Shown piece after piece: positions 1 through 6,977 of a DNA stretch of 64,000 bases (within the stretch, counting starts at the first letter, position 1; the number at the start of each line of letters is the position of its first letter). Location: assembly GCA_964511655.1 (NCBI GenBank), contig CAZEGB010000001.1:7087-71086 (forward strand). The letters run 5' to 3'. A model generated the notes under the pieces. The model worked only from the letters and a program-made list of their open reading frames with translations. It ran no database searches and had not been told where the DNA came from. A program made the translations under genes and the position numbers. Source of the stretch: an uncultured Candidatus Saccharimonas sp. Lineage in GTDB: Bacteria; Patescibacteriota; Saccharimonadia; Saccharimonadales; Saccharimonadaceae.

Positions 1-1
1 C

Positions 2-565
2 GATGAATTCACCGTGGCTGATTATTTTAGGCGCTTCACGACTTATAACATCGAAACTAACCGCCCGGGCATTGTGCATCGTCTTGACCGTGACACCAGC
101 GGTGTTATGATAGGCGCTCGAAACTCTGAAACCGCCGTTATGCTGCAAAAACAATTTTCGGATAGAAAAACTAAAAAAGTATACTATGCTGTATTAAATG
201 GAATTCCAAAATTGGAGCGCGCGGATATTGATCTGCCGATTGGGCGTAATCCTTTATCGCCTAGTACTTTTAGAGTCGACAGCAAAGGTAAATCAGCGCT
301 TACTAGGTATGAAGTCATAGCTATCAAAGACGGTTTATCGCTGGTAAAACTACAACCGATGACTGGTCGCACACATCAATTGAGGGTCCACATGAAGTAT
401 TTGAACACGCCTATCTTAGGTGATCGCGTTTACGGAAAGCAATCCGACCGATTGTATTTACATGCTTTTAGCCTAGAGGTTACTATTCCGAAAAGCGACA
501 GAAAAACTTTTGTCGCGCCTCTGCCATCTGAAATGAAGGATATGTTTCCAGAGGTTAAGTTATAG
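2..565 (+). CDS. RluA-family rRNA pseudouridine synthase, 5'-truncated by window edge
   Basis: Motifs GIVHRLDRDTSGVM (catalytic Asp), GRTHQLRVH and GDRVYG. The frame stays open back to nt 2. Confidence 0.85.
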   Translation, partial: DEFTVADYFRRFTTYNIETNRPGIVHRLDRDTSGVMIGARNSETAVMLQKQFSDRKTKKVYYAVLNGIPKLERADIDLPIGRNPLSPSTFRVDSKGKSALTRYEVIAIKDGLSLVKLQPMTGRTHQLRVHMKYLNTPILGDRVYGKQSDRLYLHAFSLEVTIPKSDRKTFVAPLPSEMKDMFPEVKL

Positions 566-1392
566 TGAAGCCGATAATTAATCCGACAAGCGAAAAAATT
601 ATCAAGATGGTTTCAAAACGGTTGCCTCAATCAACCTTAATAACTGGTGAAGCTGGCGTCGGTCTAAGCACGATAGCATGTTACATAGCAAAACAGCACG
701 ACGTATTGCCGACAGTCATCCTACCTGAAAAAGATGAGGTTATCGATATCGATAAGGGAATAATTGGCATTGAGGCTATCAGGTCATTATTTAATGTGAC
801 CCGTATGAGAGATCACAATAATAGGATAATTATCATTGATTATGCCGAACGTATGACTCATCAGGCTCAAAATGCATTTTTAAAACTTCTGGAAGAACCC
901 GGCAAAGGCATTCATTACATTCTAGTTTCTAATTCAGTTTCAAAATTACTACCAACAATTATTTCGCGCACGGAGATCATAAATATAAGACCGATAACCG
1001 AAGAGCAGTCCAATAAACTGCTTGATTCTCTAAACATTACGGACAAAGTTAAAAGATCCCAGGTTTTATTTATGGCTATGGGTAGACCGGCTGAGTTGAT
1101 TAGATTACTAACTGATGAGAAGTATTTTGACAAAAGAAGTAAAAGCGTGCGCGATGCACGCGAACTTTTGCGCGCAAATATGTATCAAAAATTATTAATT
1201 ATAAACGACTACAAAGATGACAGATCGTACGCCCTGTTGTTGTTATCCGATGTGGCAAATATATTAAAGCAGAGCATTTCAAGCAATCCACAACCCGAAT
1301 TGATAGGCCGTATCGACTCAGCCTTAAAAGCATATGACAGTATTGAATCAAATGGTAATATACGTCTCTGTTTGGCCCGTATGATTATCTAG
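565..1392 (+). CDS. holB: DNA polymerase III delta' subunit
   Basis: Clamp-loader AAA+ pattern: GEAGVGLSTIA, IIIIDYAERMTHQAQNAFLKLLEEP, SRTEIINIRP. The GTG start overlaps the upstream TAG. Confidence 0.8.
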   Translation: MKPIINPTSEKIIKMVSKRLPQSTLITGEAGVGLSTIACYIAKQHDVLPTVILPEKDEVIDIDKGIIGIEAIRSLFNVTRMRDHNNRIIIIDYAERMTHQAQNAFLKLLEEPGKGIHYILVSNSVSKLLPTIISRTEIINIRPITEEQSNKLLDSLNITDKVKRSQVLFMAMGRPAELIRLLTDEKYFDKRSKSVRDARELLRANMYQKLLIINDYKDDRSYALLLLSDVANILKQSISSNPQPELIGRIDSALKAYDSIESNGNIRLCLARMII

Positions 1393-1426
1393 AAGACGCT
1401 ACAATCTGTTATAATAGCTGAAGGAC

Positions 1427-2080
1427 ATGTTAAGTCTTTTGTTAGTAATACTATTTGGCGCCTGGGCTATCTACCAGCCGCAGACCGTCGACGAAATAGT
1501 CGCCGACATTCCTGTTAAGTTGTCGGAAAAACTCGATCAACTTTGGACTATCGCCCAAGATTCTTTGCAAACCAAAAAATATTTGCGTGCCGAAAAGGCA
1601 TTGCTGACAATATTACGGATTGACGAACGGAATGCCAGTGCCTATAACCGCTTGGGGATTTTGTATGCGAAACAGCACTCTCTGCAAGATGCGATAGAAT
1701 GCTTTGAAATAGCTCAATCATTGGAGCCTAACGCCAGCAGCCTTCATAACGTCGGTCTAATATATTTTGAGGCCCAAGATTACGACAAAGCATCTTTAGC
1801 TTTCGAACAAGCTTTGGCCATTGACGGCGAGTTGGCCGCCAGACATATAGCATACGCAAAGGTTCAGGAAAAACTAGGCAATGATAAGAAAATGATAGAA
1901 TCACTTGAACACGCAGTTTCGTTAGATCCTATTCCTCAGACTTTGAATATATTGGCCGATGCTTACGAGAGAACCGGCCAAGAAGCTGAGGCTCTAAAAA
2001 TGCGCGCCAAGGCCACAAAAATGATTATCCCTCAGGGACAGTCAAAACGCATACAACAGCCACGTAAAGTAATCATGTAA
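1427..2080 (+). CDS. TPR-repeat protein with N-terminal membrane anchor
   Basis: Hydrophobic N-terminus, then repeated 34-aa A/Y/L-patterned units (AYNRLGILYAKQHSLQDAIECFEIAQSLEPN, etc.). Confidence 0.7.
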   Translation: MLSLLLVILFGAWAIYQPQTVDEIVADIPVKLSEKLDQLWTIAQDSLQTKKYLRAEKALLTILRIDERNASAYNRLGILYAKQHSLQDAIECFEIAQSLEPNASSLHNVGLIYFEAQDYDKASLAFEQALAIDGELAARHIAYAKVQEKLGNDKKMIESLEHAVSLDPIPQTLNILADAYERTGQEAEALKMRAKATKMIIPQGQSKRIQQPRKVIM

Positions 2081-2094
2081 TATAACTTCTGTCA

Positions 2095-2123
2095 TTGTCA
2101 AATTCTGACAAATCTTTTATAAT
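2095..2123 (+). promoter_or_regulatory. sigma70-like promoter TTGTCA-N17-TATAAT with overlapping TTGTCA-N5-TGACAA palindrome
   Basis: TTGTCA at 2095-2100, a 17-nt spacer, then TATAAT at 2118-2123. The inverted repeat TTGTCAaattcTGACAA overlaps the -35 box. Confidence 0.55.
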
Positions 2124-2179
2124 ATTCGTGAGGCAAGTCAAGCACGGCTTCGACTTAATTTGTACCTCTTGAAAGGAGT

Positions 2180-2791
2180 TTGATTGTATTGAGGTTTATT
2201 TCTGATAAAAAAGCCCTCGCTGTTTTAATGAAATCCGGCGTCATTGGCGTCAAGTGTCACGGTGGCAGGGAATCTCAAGACGAAATCGATGTATGTGTCG
2301 ATAGGACTGCTTTACTTGTCGACCAAAAGAAAACTTCCAGATGGTGTGACGAAATTGCAAGAAGATTCGTAAAAGATGACGCGCGTATTATTGTAGGATT
2401 TGGTGAATCGGGTCTTGCATTGGCTCAATGGACAGCGTTTCATTTGATGAAGATGTACCAAAACGATACAAGCCGGCCCTCCAACGATGTGCTGAGCGTC
2501 ACTATGCAACCGAATACATTCGGAAAGTTGGGGTTTGGTCCAGGTGAAGCCAAATATGTACGCGGCAAAAGGTTACTATTTGTAACAGATTTTATCGTTG
2601 ATAGGGCATTCCCTATTCATGAAATCGTCAAATTAATTAAATCTGCCGGTGGAATTATCGTTGGCATAGGAGCTGTCCTAAGAATAGTCGATTTTATAGA
2701 GCAAGATTTAACGGAAATTCCAAAAATAGTATCGGTAGTTAATCATGAAACTATACGGAAGTACTGCAAACTGGCAAATCAATCAAATTAA
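2180..2791 (+). CDS. phosphoribosyltransferase-like protein with a degenerate PRPP loop; start codon uncertain
   Basis: Type I PRTase-like pattern LLFVTDFIVDRAFPIHEIVKLIKSAGGIIVGIGAVL. AAGGAG at 2173-2178 suggests the TTG at 2189 may be the real start. Confidence 0.45.
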   Translation: MIVLRFISDKKALAVLMKSGVIGVKCHGGRESQDEIDVCVDRTALLVDQKKTSRWCDEIARRFVKDDARIIVGFGESGLALAQWTAFHLMKMYQNDTSRPSNDVLSVTMQPNTFGKLGFGPGEAKYVRGKRLLFVTDFIVDRAFPIHEIVKLIKSAGGIIVGIGAVLRIVDFIEQDLTEIPKIVSVVNHETIRKYCKLANQSN

Positions 2792-2801
2792 TTTATGCCT
2801 C

Positions 2802-2843
2802 AAAGCGGCAGTAGTCTAATGACGAAAGCCGCTTTATTTTTTT
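2802..2843 (+). terminator. rho-independent terminator
   Basis: Hairpin AAAGCGGC...GCCGCTTT followed by ATTTTTTTT. Confidence 0.7.
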
Positions 2844-2848
2844 GCAAT

Positions 2849-2885
2849 TTAAAAACCACTTGTCTCACGAAGATTCAAGTGGTTT
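2849..2885 (-). terminator. rho-independent terminator of the minus-strand ORFan operon
   Basis: Hairpin AAACCACTTG...CAAGTGGTTT followed by a T-run on the minus strand. Confidence 0.6.
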
Positions 2886-2905
2886 GACATTTATAACGAG
2901 AATAA

Positions 2906-3319
2906 TTAGTGCGATACTGCAACTATTATGTTCCAAAATGAGCCGCCAAGGCCCAACTCATATGTGGCGGAAATTACTTCCGCATTATCTGCGGGCTGCA
3001 GAACAGAGCATCGTCCCCAGCAGGGGATAAGTTGATCGGCGGGTTCGAAACCCGGTTTAATTACAACTATCTTCTTTTCCTTCTTGGTACACTTAGCGGC
3101 TTTCGGGCTTTCGTAAAAATCGACTTCGTCGGACTTTGTCGGCGGACCGAACATTACTTCAACTTCCTCGACCATTTTGCCAGCCGATTTGGCAGTATTC
3201 AGAAATTTTCTGAGTCTTTCCTTACTACCAGCGTTAAGCTCTTTGACTATTTTGCAGGGTTCGACTCTACCGTCAGAATCGCGTTGGCCTTTTAGTTTGC
3301 ATGGTAATCCACAATTCAT
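2906..3319 (-). CDS. hypothetical protein (no family recognised)
   Basis: ATG preceded by GGAGGTTGG. It lies 22 nt downstream of the previous ORF on the same strand. The plus-strand ORFs overlapping it look like antisense shadows. Confidence 0.5.
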   Translation of the reverse strand: MNCGLPCKLKGQRDSDGRVEPCKIVKELNAGSKERLRKFLNTAKSAGKMVEEVEVMFGPPTKSDEVDFYESPKAAKCTKKEKKIVVIKPGFEPADQLIPCWGRCSVLQPADNAEVISATYELGLGGSFWNIIVAVSH

Positions 3320-3341
3320 CTAACCAACCTCCGTTCAAAAA

Positions 3342-3818
3342 TCATAAAAATGAAAGTTGTGCCGATCTAGCGGCGCCGGAACGAGTGATTTTGTGTGGAT
3401 CCACGCGATATGGGTGGAACTCTTCACTCGGTTTGAATGAATCTAGCTTCTCAAGAGCCGAGGGTGACAGTATCGCCACAATTCGTCTCACAAGGTCGAT
3501 CCCTACGTCTTTGCCGATATGTTCATGCATATCATCCCAGTTGTTAACAAGGCACAAATTTTTGAATGGCATCATAAAATAGATGTCGGTCAAACCTGGA
3601 GCGATTTCCAGCGTAAAGCGGGAACTGCACAGATTTATTTTTTGTGATGTAACAACGTTGCAAATACCGGGGATATTTTTGCCTTTAAACTGATGGAAGG
3701 TGTCGGAAAATGGATCGTGAAGAAACAAATGGGCGTAGTGATCAAAAACTCTGTCGACTAGACTAGTTAAAAACCAGCCTTCTCTTTCCTCTCCCAGCTC
3801 TTGTTTTACCAATTGCAC
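3342..3818 (-). CDS. hypothetical protein (no family recognised), GTG start
   Basis: AAGGAGAGG lies 5-6 nt upstream of the GTG at 3818. A promoter plus a long leader lie upstream. Confidence 0.5.
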   Translation of the reverse strand: MQLVKQELGEEREGWFLTSLVDRVFDHYAHLFLHDPFSDTFHQFKGKNIPGICNVVTSQKINLCSSRFTLEIAPGLTDIYFMMPFKNLCLVNNWDDMHEHIGKDVGIDLVRRIVAILSPSALEKLDSFKPSEEFHPYRVDPHKITRSGAARSAQLSFL

Positions 3819-4011
3819 ACTTAACCTCTCCTTTATAAATATATTTTGCGTCTCGTATTGAGAAGCGTATCAGATACCGTATAGATATCCAAAACGCTTC
3901 CCAATCGGGCAAATATAATTAATTAGAGCATTCTCGTATGTAAATGTACTGTCAGAATCGGAGCTTTTCTTTGGATAACACCGAAGAGGCTACACAACCC
4001 TAATGATTGCG

Positions 4012-4040
4012 ATTGTAATACATTAATGGTATTTAGTCAA
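4012..4040 (-). promoter_or_regulatory. sigma70-like promoter TTGACT-N17-TACAAT
   Basis: On the minus strand, TTGACT is at 4040-4035, followed by a 17-nt spacer and TACAAT at 4017-4012. A ~190-nt leader follows, containing the hairpin at 3862-3900. Confidence 0.55.
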
Positions 4041-4060
4041 GTTTCGTGATGAATGATAAG

Positions 4061-4091
4061 CAATAAAATACCCCTATGAAATTCATAGGGG
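4061..4091 (-). terminator. rho-independent terminator
   Basis: Palindrome CCCCTATGAAATTCATAGGGG followed by TATTTTATT on the minus strand, directly after the stop of the 4124-4687 ORF. Confidence 0.7.
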
Positions 4092-4123
4092 TAGAGGCAC
4101 AACACGAACAATTGATTAGTATT

Positions 4124-4687
4124 CTAGAACAAACTACACGCCGTACGCTGTTCATGCGTCCAGCCACCAAGCAGTTGAAAACCATTCCACATAAAGTAAC
4201 GCGGTTCAATAATGTTGCTACTGGTGCAGAATACGGATTTTGGCAATACAGCGACAATCTGTTCGCAGAAGTTTGTGCGCCAATCATTACCATTGGAAAT
4301 ATAACTTGAAGCAACTACTTTACCAGGGAAGGGTAGGTGTGACTGATCGGACAAATCACCGTGGTATTCATTGACGCAACCAAAAATGTTTCTTGCCTTG
4401 AACACGCAGAGTACTTGTTCGTAGGTGCTAGCCTGTTTTTTTGAGATAATTTTTAGTCTACCTCTCATGGTCGTACTGACGTCGCCGAATTTGATTCTGA
4501 CGGACCCCCTTTTATTCCACCTTTTATGTTGGTTTTCTGTCAATTTGACAGGGATAATGTTACGGGGGTTACGTAATTCTCCGCCAAGTATGATAACAGG
4601 TATCATAACATTTTGTTTTTTTAGCCAGAATTTTTCAACGATAACTCCGTCATGAACAACACCGTCTTTGATAGTAAAGATATGCAT
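4124..4687 (-). CDS. hypothetical protein (no family recognised)
   Basis: Strong SD AGGAGGA 6 nt before the ATG at 4687, and its own terminator downstream. Confidence 0.55.
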   Translation of the reverse strand: MHIFTIKDGVVHDGVIVEKFWLKKQNVMIPVIILGGELRNPRNIIPVKLTENQHKRWNKRGSVRIKFGDVSTTMRGRLKIISKKQASTYEQVLCVFKARNIFGCVNEYHGDLSDQSHLPFPGKVVASSYISNGNDWRTNFCEQIVAVLPKSVFCTSSNIIEPRYFMWNGFQLLGGWTHEQRTACSLF

Positions 4688-4910
4688 TCCAATTTCCTCC
4701 TATTATTGCCATAGGTTTAGATTTGCCTTTAAGGCAGCCTACGGCGTTATTTGCCGCATAATACGGCAAAAATGGGGTAACTAAATGGATATAATCAATA
4801 TTCGTTATTAAGGTGCCGGTCGGATTTTGAGCCGACAAAACAGTAAATTTGTTGACCGGCTTCACAAATCAGATGAAGTTGAGTATAGAATAATTGGTCA
4901 GCTTTGTCAA

Positions 4911-4927
4911 TGGTGATAGGCGCAGGA
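4911..4927 (-). other. tRNA 3'-end-like fragment (...CCTGCGCCTATCACCA), not part of an intact tRNA
   Basis: The minus-strand sequence TCCTGCGCCTATCACCA looks like a T-stem 3' strand, an acceptor 3' strand and NCCA. No matching 5' half lies nearby. Confidence 0.4.
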
Positions 4928-4928
4928 T

Positions 4929-5008
4929 AGCGGCCTTCGGCCTCCTTCGCTCATTCGCAAAAGAAAATACCTGCGGCGCTTTCTTTTGCTTCATTCGCTA
5001 CGCCGAAC
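4929..5008 (-). repeat. ~80-nt structured repeat, copy B
   Basis: Aligns with 15055-15133 over its whole length. It has a 10-bp stem GCAAAAGAAA/TTTCTTTTGC (4957-4966/4980-4989) and a terminal GGCC-N3-GGCC hairpin. Confidence 0.7.
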
Positions 5009-5068
5009 TCTACGACTTTTCAATAAATTGAAAAGCTTCGTAGGTTCGATACCTTTATCGCCAGATCA

Positions 5069-5106
5069 AATTAATATAACCGTCGAAAATGACGGTTATA
5101 TTAATT
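5069..5106 (-). terminator. 16-bp perfect hairpin immediately 3' of tRNA-Tyr (probable terminator of the tRNA cluster)
   Basis: AATTAATATAACCGTC-gaaaat-GACGGTTATATTAATT abuts the CCA end of tRNA-Tyr. Confidence 0.5.
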
Positions 5107-5192
5107 TGGTACAGGGGGTAGGATTCGAACCTACGAAGGCGAATGCCAACAGATTTACAGTCTGTCGTGTTTGACCGCTTCACTACCCCTGC
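5107..5192 (-). tRNA. tRNA-Tyr (GTA), class II with long variable arm, CCA encoded
   Basis: Manual cloverleaf: acceptor GCAGGGG/CCCCTGT, anticodon stem ACAGA/TCTGT, loop CTGTAAA, T-arm GTAGG-TTCGAAT-CCTAC. Confidence 0.9.
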
Positions 5193-5193
5193 G

Positions 5194-5270
5194 TGGAGCC
5201 GTCTCTCGGATTCGAACCGAGGACCTGATGCTTACAAAGCAACTGCTCTAACCAACTGAGCTAAGACGGC
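5194..5270 (-). tRNA. tRNA-Thr (TGT), CCA encoded
   Basis: Acceptor GCCGTCT/AGACGGC, D-stem GCTC/GAGC, anticodon loop TTTGTAA, T-arm CTCGG-TTCGAAT-CCGAG. Confidence 0.9.
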
Positions 5271-5328
5271 AGGTTGTTAAAGATACTTAATTATTCTATC
5301 TGATAAACAAACCAGATTCAAGTATCTA

Positions 5329-5404
5329 TGGAGCCGCGATCGGGATTTGAACCCGAGACCTCATCCTTACCATGGATGCGCTCTACCGACTGAGCTATCG
5401 CGGC
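5329..5404 (-). tRNA. tRNA-Thr (GGT), CCA encoded
   Basis: Acceptor GCCGCGA/TCGCGGC, anticodon stem CATCC/GGATG, loop ATGGTAA, T-arm TCGGG-TTCAAAT-CCCGA. Confidence 0.9.
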
Positions 5405-5466
5405 ATACCACAGCAGATTTTACCATAAATACATCTGTTTAATCAATCAACTGGTATACTGGGACT

Positions 5467-5961
5467 ATGGCAGTATTTAGTTTTGACACCGTATCGGAAT
5501 ATGACAAAGCCGAGATGAACAATGTTTTTTTGGCCGTGCAAAAAGAGATTGCAAACCGATATGATTTCAAGGGCACTCCGGCGCAGATTGACTGGCTGGA
5601 TAACAAAACCGGCTTTAAGGTCATCGGTTTGAACGAATGGCAGATTGACAGTATTATTGACATTATCCGCAAAAAATTAGCTGCTCGTGAACAAAGCAGC
5701 AAAACTCTTGATCTAGGCAAGGAAATCGTTGTAAGTAACTTAAAAACAACCAAAGAAATACCGTTTGTTGCGGGGCTAGATCAGGACAAAGCCAAACAAA
5801 TCACTAAAGTCCTAAGAGACAATTTGCCAAAAGTCAAAACCCAAATCCAAGGCGAATCCGTTCGCGTTTCAGGCAACAGCAAGGATGAACTGCAAAAAGC
5901 TATACAGCTAATCAAAGGTCAGGATTTCGACTTTCCGGTCACATTTATTAATTACCGTTAA
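5467..5961 (+). CDS. yajQ: YajQ-family (UPF0234) nucleotide-binding protein
   Basis: Collinear with E. coli YajQ over the full length: SFD.VSE.D..E..N, RYDFKG, KVKTQIQGESVRVSG.SKD.LQ, F.NYR. Confidence 0.85.
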   Translation: MAVFSFDTVSEYDKAEMNNVFLAVQKEIANRYDFKGTPAQIDWLDNKTGFKVIGLNEWQIDSIIDIIRKKLAAREQSSKTLDLGKEIVVSNLKTTKEIPFVAGLDQDKAKQITKVLRDNLPKVKTQIQGESVRVSGNSKDELQKAIQLIKGQDFDFPVTFINYR

Positions 5962-5966
5962 GTGGC

Positions 5967-5995
5967 TTGATTGAATAGGCAATATTTGTTATAAT
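5967..5995 (+). promoter_or_regulatory. sigma70-like promoter TTGATT-N17-TATAAT
   Basis: TTGATT at 5967-5972 and TATAAT at 5990-5995, upstream of rpmG. Confidence 0.5.
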
Positions 5996-6056
5996 CTACC
6001 TCTGATAGTTTATACAAATCACTGCAACGATTCGTTGCAAGGCGAAAAGGAATCAC

Positions 6057-6263
6057 ATGGCGAAAAAGAACACGAAGCGTAAATTAGTCGGCCTAGTCAG
6101 CAAACTTAGCGGTCACCGCACTTATTACACGACCAAAAATACTCAAAACACCACTGATAAGATCGTTCTAAAAAAGTATGATCCGATTGCTCGAAAGCAC
6201 GCAACATATACCGAGACAAAAAAGAATCTCGGTCGAAACGAAATTAAACCTCGAAAAAGTTAA
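6057..6263 (+). CDS. rpmG: 50S ribosomal protein L33 (non-zinc form, short C-terminal extension)
   Basis: MAKK...YYTTKN..NT.DKI.LKKYDP..RKH..Y.E.K matches the L33 core. SD AAAGGAA lies upstream. Confidence 0.8.
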   Translation: MAKKNTKRKLVGLVSKLSGHRTYYTTKNTQNTTDKIVLKKYDPIARKHATYTETKKNLGRNEIKPRKS

Positions 6264-6266
6264 TAA

Positions 6267-6977
6267 TTATTGTATTTTCTCGGCTTGACTGTCAATTTGA
6301 CCAGCCAGCCATAAGCCGCTTTCCAGTATAGACTGTAAGAGGCTATTTGAGACGTTTTTATCTGTAGAGTATACATATAGCACTTTGTCGTGAATCTCGG
6401 CTGAAAACGGCCAGAAATGAGCCCCTAGCACCTTTGCGATGCCTGAGGTTATCAATTGTTCAACTTGGATAGACTCGGAAGGCTTTGCGAACAGTGTAAA
6501 TCGGCTAGTAAATTCATCTCCGTAAGATTCGAGAGTACCTATTTCAATAGGCTTCATCATGGGGAAGGCGGTAAAAAACGGTTTATATGAGTTGACGTCG
6601 TGATTATTAGCATGAATAAAAAAGTGCGGGATATCCTGCTTTATATGCAAATCGAACGCCATTATCAACCAGCGGTACATAATAATATCCTTGTCAGCTT
6701 GTATCACGGCGTCGCAGCGGTCGACTATAGTAACATTATATTCGCCGATTGAACCTACCGCGTAATTATCATCTTGGTGGTATGACGATACTGAAAACCC
6801 TCGGACTATTCGGTGATCATCCCGGTGTTGATTGACCGATCCGAAGTGTACGAATCCGATCTTTTCGGCAAATTTGACGATTGCCCGCTTGCGGTTGTGG
6901 CCGTTCGTGAGATTATGATATATATTATGGGTCGCGTGCTTTACGGCGACTTTGACCGGGCGGCTCATATCAATCAT
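6267..6977 (-). CDS. hypothetical protein, last gene of the alpha-glucan cluster
   Basis: The ORF overlaps or abuts the GH15 stop (ATG at 6977 or 6968). I recognise no motif in it. Confidence 0.55.
   Translation of the reverse strand: MIDMSRPVKVAVKHATHNIYHNLTNGHNRKRAIVKFAEKIGFVHFGSVNQHRDDHRIVRGFSVSSYHQDDNYAVGSIGEYNVTIVDRCDAVIQADKDIIMYRWLIMAFDLHIKQDIPHFFIHANNHDVNSYKPFFTAFPMMKPIEIGTLESYGDEFTSRFTLFAKPSESIQVEQLITSGIAKVLGAHFWPFSAEIHDKVLYVYSTDKNVSNSLLQSILESGLWLAGQIDSQAEKIQ

Noticed and set aside
4650-4865. A 71-aa minus-strand ORF upstream of and overlapping the 4124-4687 gene.
   Set aside because: It has no SD. It overlaps the strongly supported ATG/SD of the downstream gene in another frame, and it lies in a region rich in hairpins that is more plausibly leader or promoter.
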